DNA from: an uncultured Eubacteriales bacterium
GTDB lineage: Bacteria > Bacillota_I > Bacilli_A > RFN20 > JAISJY01
Reading direction: 5' to 3'
Length of the DNA stretch: 64,000 nucleotides
Assembly: GCA_964646425.1 (NCBI GenBank)
Contig: CAZYEI010000002.1
Coordinates: 348-64,347, forward strand
This document shows, one piece after another, positions 61,019 through 64,000 of the stretch (positions are counted from its first letter, which is position 1; every line of letters begins with the position of its first letter). A program made the position numbers and the translations under genes. Under the pieces are notes generated by a model, which was given only the letters and a program-made list of their open reading frames with translations, was not told the origin of the DNA and searched no databases.

Positions 61019-62820
61019 TGCCAGGTCCTATGAGAAGAAATGGTCCAATAGATTCTAAAGAAAAAGTAGATATTCAATCAATAAAAAAATTAATTGGCTA
61101 TTGTAAAAAATATTTATTGGCTATAATTATCGCTTTAATTTTTGCTTGTGTTTCTGCAGTAATTCAAATTATAAGTCCTGATAAAATATCTGATTTATTG
61201 GCTATAGTTCAAAAGGGAATTACATCAGTAGATAAAATAGATATGTCTAGTTTTTATGATGGTTGTGTTTTTCTTATTTCTATTTATGTAATTGGTGCAA
61301 TTGTGAGTTATTTACAACAATTTATCATGGCAAATGTTACCCAAAAGACAGCTAAAAAATTAAGGACAGATATTAATGATAAAATTAATAAATTACCATT
61401 AAGTTATTTTGATAAAACAACTAGAGGAGATATTTTATCTAGAGTAACTAATGATGTTGATACAATTTCTCAAACATTGGGTAGTACTATTGCAAATTTT
61501 GTAAATGCAATTACTTTATTAATAGGAGTTGTATTTATGATGTTTTATGTAAATGTAACACTTGCATTAATTACAATTTGTTCATCATTGTTGGGATTTG
61601 TCTTAATGTTTACTATTCTTGGTTTATCACAAAAGTATTTTAATAAAAGACAAAAAAATCTTGGAGAAATGAATGGACAAATTGAAGAAATATATACAAA
61701 TCACAATATTGTTAAATCATATAATGGTGAAAATCAAGCACGTCAAAAATTTATGGTAATTAACAACGAACTTTATCAAAATAACTTTAAGTCACAATTT
61801 TTATCAGGGTTTATGCCACCGATAATGACTTTTGTTGGAAATCTTTCATATGCATTAATTTTTATAGTAGGTATTGCTATGGCAATAAATGGTAATAATA
61901 GCGTTACTTTTCCAATAATTGTTTCATTTACAATGTATGCTAGATTATTTTCTTCACCTTTACAAACAATTGCTCAAGCTATGAGTTCAGTTCAACAAGC
62001 TTCTGCTGCGTCTAAAAGAGTTTTCGAAATGTTAGATGAAAAAGAAGTAGAAGATGAAACAAATAAAAATGTAGTTTTACCAAGTGTTGAAGGAAATGTT
62101 GAATTTAAAAATGTGAGATTTAGTTATGAAGAAAATAATCCTATTATTCATAATTTTTCTGCAAATTTAAAAAAAGGACAAAAAGTTGCTATTGTTGGTC
62201 CTACTGGAGCAGGAAAGACAACAATTGTAAATTTATTAATGCGTTTTTATGAAGTGGACTCTGGAGATATTTTAATTGATGGCGTTTCAATAAAAGAAAT
62301 GAAACGAGAAACAGTTAGAGATTTATTTGATATGATTCTTCAAGATACTTGGTTATTTAATGGTACAATTAGAGAAAATTTAGTTTATAATAAAAAGAAT
62401 GTAAGTGATGAAGAATTAAATACTGTTTGTAGAGCTGTGGGATTACGTCATTTTATAAAAACATTACCAAATGGATATGATACAAAATTAGATGATAATT
62501 TATCGCTTTCCGAAGGACAAAAACAACAATTAACAATTGCAAGAGCAATGATTAAAAATTCACCATTATTAATATTAGATGAAGCTACTTCAAGTGTTGA
62601 TACAAGAACTGAAATGGTTATTCAAAAAGCTATGGATAAATTAACTGAAGGAAGAACTTCATTTGTAATTGCTCATAGATTATCGACAATTAAAAATGCA
62701 GATGTAATCTTAGTGATGAAAAATGGTGATATTGTTGAGCAAGGAAATCACCAACAATTGTTAAGCAAAAAAGGATTTTATGCTGAAATATATAATTCTC
62801 AGTTTGAAATTATTTCATAA
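61019..62820 (+). CDS. ABC exporter, fused permease/ATPase (subunit B)
   Basis: NBD with 'GPTGAGKTT', 'LSEGQKQQ' and 'LILDEATSSVD'. The start at 'MPGPMRRNGP' follows AAGGAGG; the tracked start overlaps the upstream gene by 53 nt. Confidence 0.75.
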
Positions 62821-62884
62821 TTATTCTAGAAAAATATCGAAAAAATACTATAATTAGTGTGTATTAGTTTAGGGGGAGAGAAAA

Positions 62885-63148
62885 ATGGACAAACCAAAAA
62901 TTAAAATAACGCTTATAGATAGAAAAGGTGATATGCCATGTCATAGAAGGCATAAAATAGGAGATAGTTTTGATTTTGATACTGAAAGAGGAAAATTATG
63001 TCCAATGGCAATGCATGTTGCTTTTGCATATGTAGAGATATTGAGATATGGTGGTAGCATTCCTACATCGAAAGATAAAATTATAAAATTTTCATGTCCT
63101 GATGCTGATACATTGAATATTTTTAAAATTGAAGTTGAAAATAATTAA
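62885..63148 (+). CDS. Small Cys/His-rich protein (TIGR04076-like)
   Basis: An 87-aa protein with 'MPCHRRH', 'KLCPMAMH' and 'FSCPDAD' as candidate metal ligands. The RBS is GGGGGAGAG. Confidence 0.45.
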   Translation: MDKPKIKITLIDRKGDMPCHRRHKIGDSFDFDTERGKLCPMAMHVAFAYVEILRYGGSIPTSKDKIIKFSCPDADTLNIFKIEVENN

Positions 63149-63177
63149 ATGATTAAATATGATTCGAGGTTTTATAT

Positions 63178-64000
63178 ATGTATAGTATTGGATTAGATAT
63201 TGGATCGACAACGATTAAATATGTTGTTCTTGATGATAAAAACAATATAGTAAAAAAAGATTATTTACGTCATATGTCATTTGTGGCATCAAAGGCAAAA
63301 GAGATTTTAATTAAATTACAAAAAGAGTTTGGCAACGAGTGCTATTTAGCAATATCTGGTTCTGCTGCTTTAGGATTATCAGAATATTGTAAAGTTAGCT
63401 TTGTGCAAGAAGTATATAGTGAAAAAATAGCATGTGACAAACTTTCTCCAAATACTGATGTTATTATTGAACTTGGTGGCGAAGATGCCAAAATAGTTTT
63501 TATTTCTAATGGATTAGAAGTAAGAATGAATGGAAGTTGTGCAGGTGGTACTGGTTCTTTTATTGATCAAATGGCATTGCTTTTAGATGTTGATTTAGTA
63601 ACGATGAACGAACTAGCAAGTAAGGCAAATAAGATATATCCGATTGCTTCTAGATGTGGTGTTTTTGCTAAAAGCGATATTCAACCATTAATAAATCAAG
63701 GAGCTTTAAAAGAAGATTTAGCAAAATCAATTTTTTATGCCATTTGTAATCAAACGGTAGGTGGCTTAGCTCAAGGTAGAGAAATTAAGGGGAATATTTT
63801 ATATTTAGGTGGTCCATTAACTTTTAACTCTGAACTTAGATTATGTTTTGATAAAACGCTTGGATTAAAAGGAATATGTCCAGAAAATTCATTGTATTTC
63901 GTTGCAATTGGTGCTTCATATGCAAGAGAAAAAATTTGTAATCTTAGTGAAGTAATTAATTTATTGGATAATTATCAAAAAGAGACAACATATAATTTTA
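63178..64000 (+). CDS. BadF/BadG/BcrA/BcrD-type ATPase (2-hydroxyacyl-CoA dehydratase activator-like), N-terminal part; the gene runs past the window end
   Basis: The ASKHA fold shows in 'MYSIGLDIGSTTIKYVVLD', 'IIELGGEDAKIVF' and 'NGSCAGGTGSFIDQMA'. The frame stays open to position 64000. Confidence 0.7.
   Translation, partial: MYSIGLDIGSTTIKYVVLDDKNNIVKKDYLRHMSFVASKAKEILIKLQKEFGNECYLAISGSAALGLSEYCKVSFVQEVYSEKIACDKLSPNTDVIIELGGEDAKIVFISNGLEVRMNGSCAGGTGSFIDQMALLLDVDLVTMNELASKANKIYPIASRCGVFAKSDIQPLINQGALKEDLAKSIFYAICNQTVGGLAQGREIKGNILYLGGPLTFNSELRLCFDKTLGLKGICPENSLYFVAIGASYAREKICNLSEVINLLDNYQKETTYNF

Noticed and set aside
1-64000. Possibility of a UGA=Trp (Mycoplasma) genetic code
   Set aside because: Trp positions in conserved motifs are encoded by TGG (e.g. 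'VTDWW' in GH3, 'HAPWE'), and the ORFs terminate cleanly at TGA/TAA/TAG with hairpin terminators following. The standard code 11 fits.
1-64000. CRISPR arrays, IS elements, integrase or phage genes
   Set aside because: No direct-repeat/spacer periodicity, no transposase or integrase-like ORF and no terminal inverted repeats were seen. The only island-like signal is the tRNA-adjacent lipoprotein array, which lacks mobility genes.

Overview
This is a 64 kb window from a low-GC (~28% GC) genome that uses the standard genetic code (TGG Trp codons; TGA, TAA and TAG all terminate ORFs). Gene content and architecture (many lipoproteins with S/T/N-rich linkers, an Opp system with an insertion-bearing OppD and an 850-aa OppA, a T-box-controlled trpS, Spx/CYTH neighbours) point to a Firmicutes/Mollicutes-like organism, with Erysipelotrichia or Acholeplasma-like lineages as a guess. 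The window mixes housekeeping genes (hpf, udk, trpS with a T-box leader, an rluD-like gene, one tRNA) with an accessory, surface-rich and transport-rich region. That region holds a circularly permuted GH3 glycosidase, a GH13 alpha-glucosidase, a P-type ATPase, an M16C peptidase, an LTD-SNase lipoprotein nuclease followed by two tandem RDD paralogues, and an array of five lipoprotein genes feeding into an oppABCDF operon. It also holds a 2573-aa S8 subtilase / BspA-type LRR surface protein, an HTH regulator with an ABC exporter pair, and a feoA/feoB/Cys-rich/rubredoxin module. A MarR-controlled second ABC exporter pair follows, and the window ends in a small Cys/His protein plus a truncated BadF/BcrAD-type ATPase. 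No CRISPR array, transposase or integrase was found. Observations worth a second look: the giant protease-LRR fusion; a three-gene hypothetical island (7496..10821) bounded by hairpins; a TTAGC/GCTAA palindrome family shared by the feoA, feoB, marR and ABC promoters; a Cys-tailed Spx; a rubredoxin gene missing from the ORF track; and the nuclease/RDD and lipoprotein/Opp surface modules.
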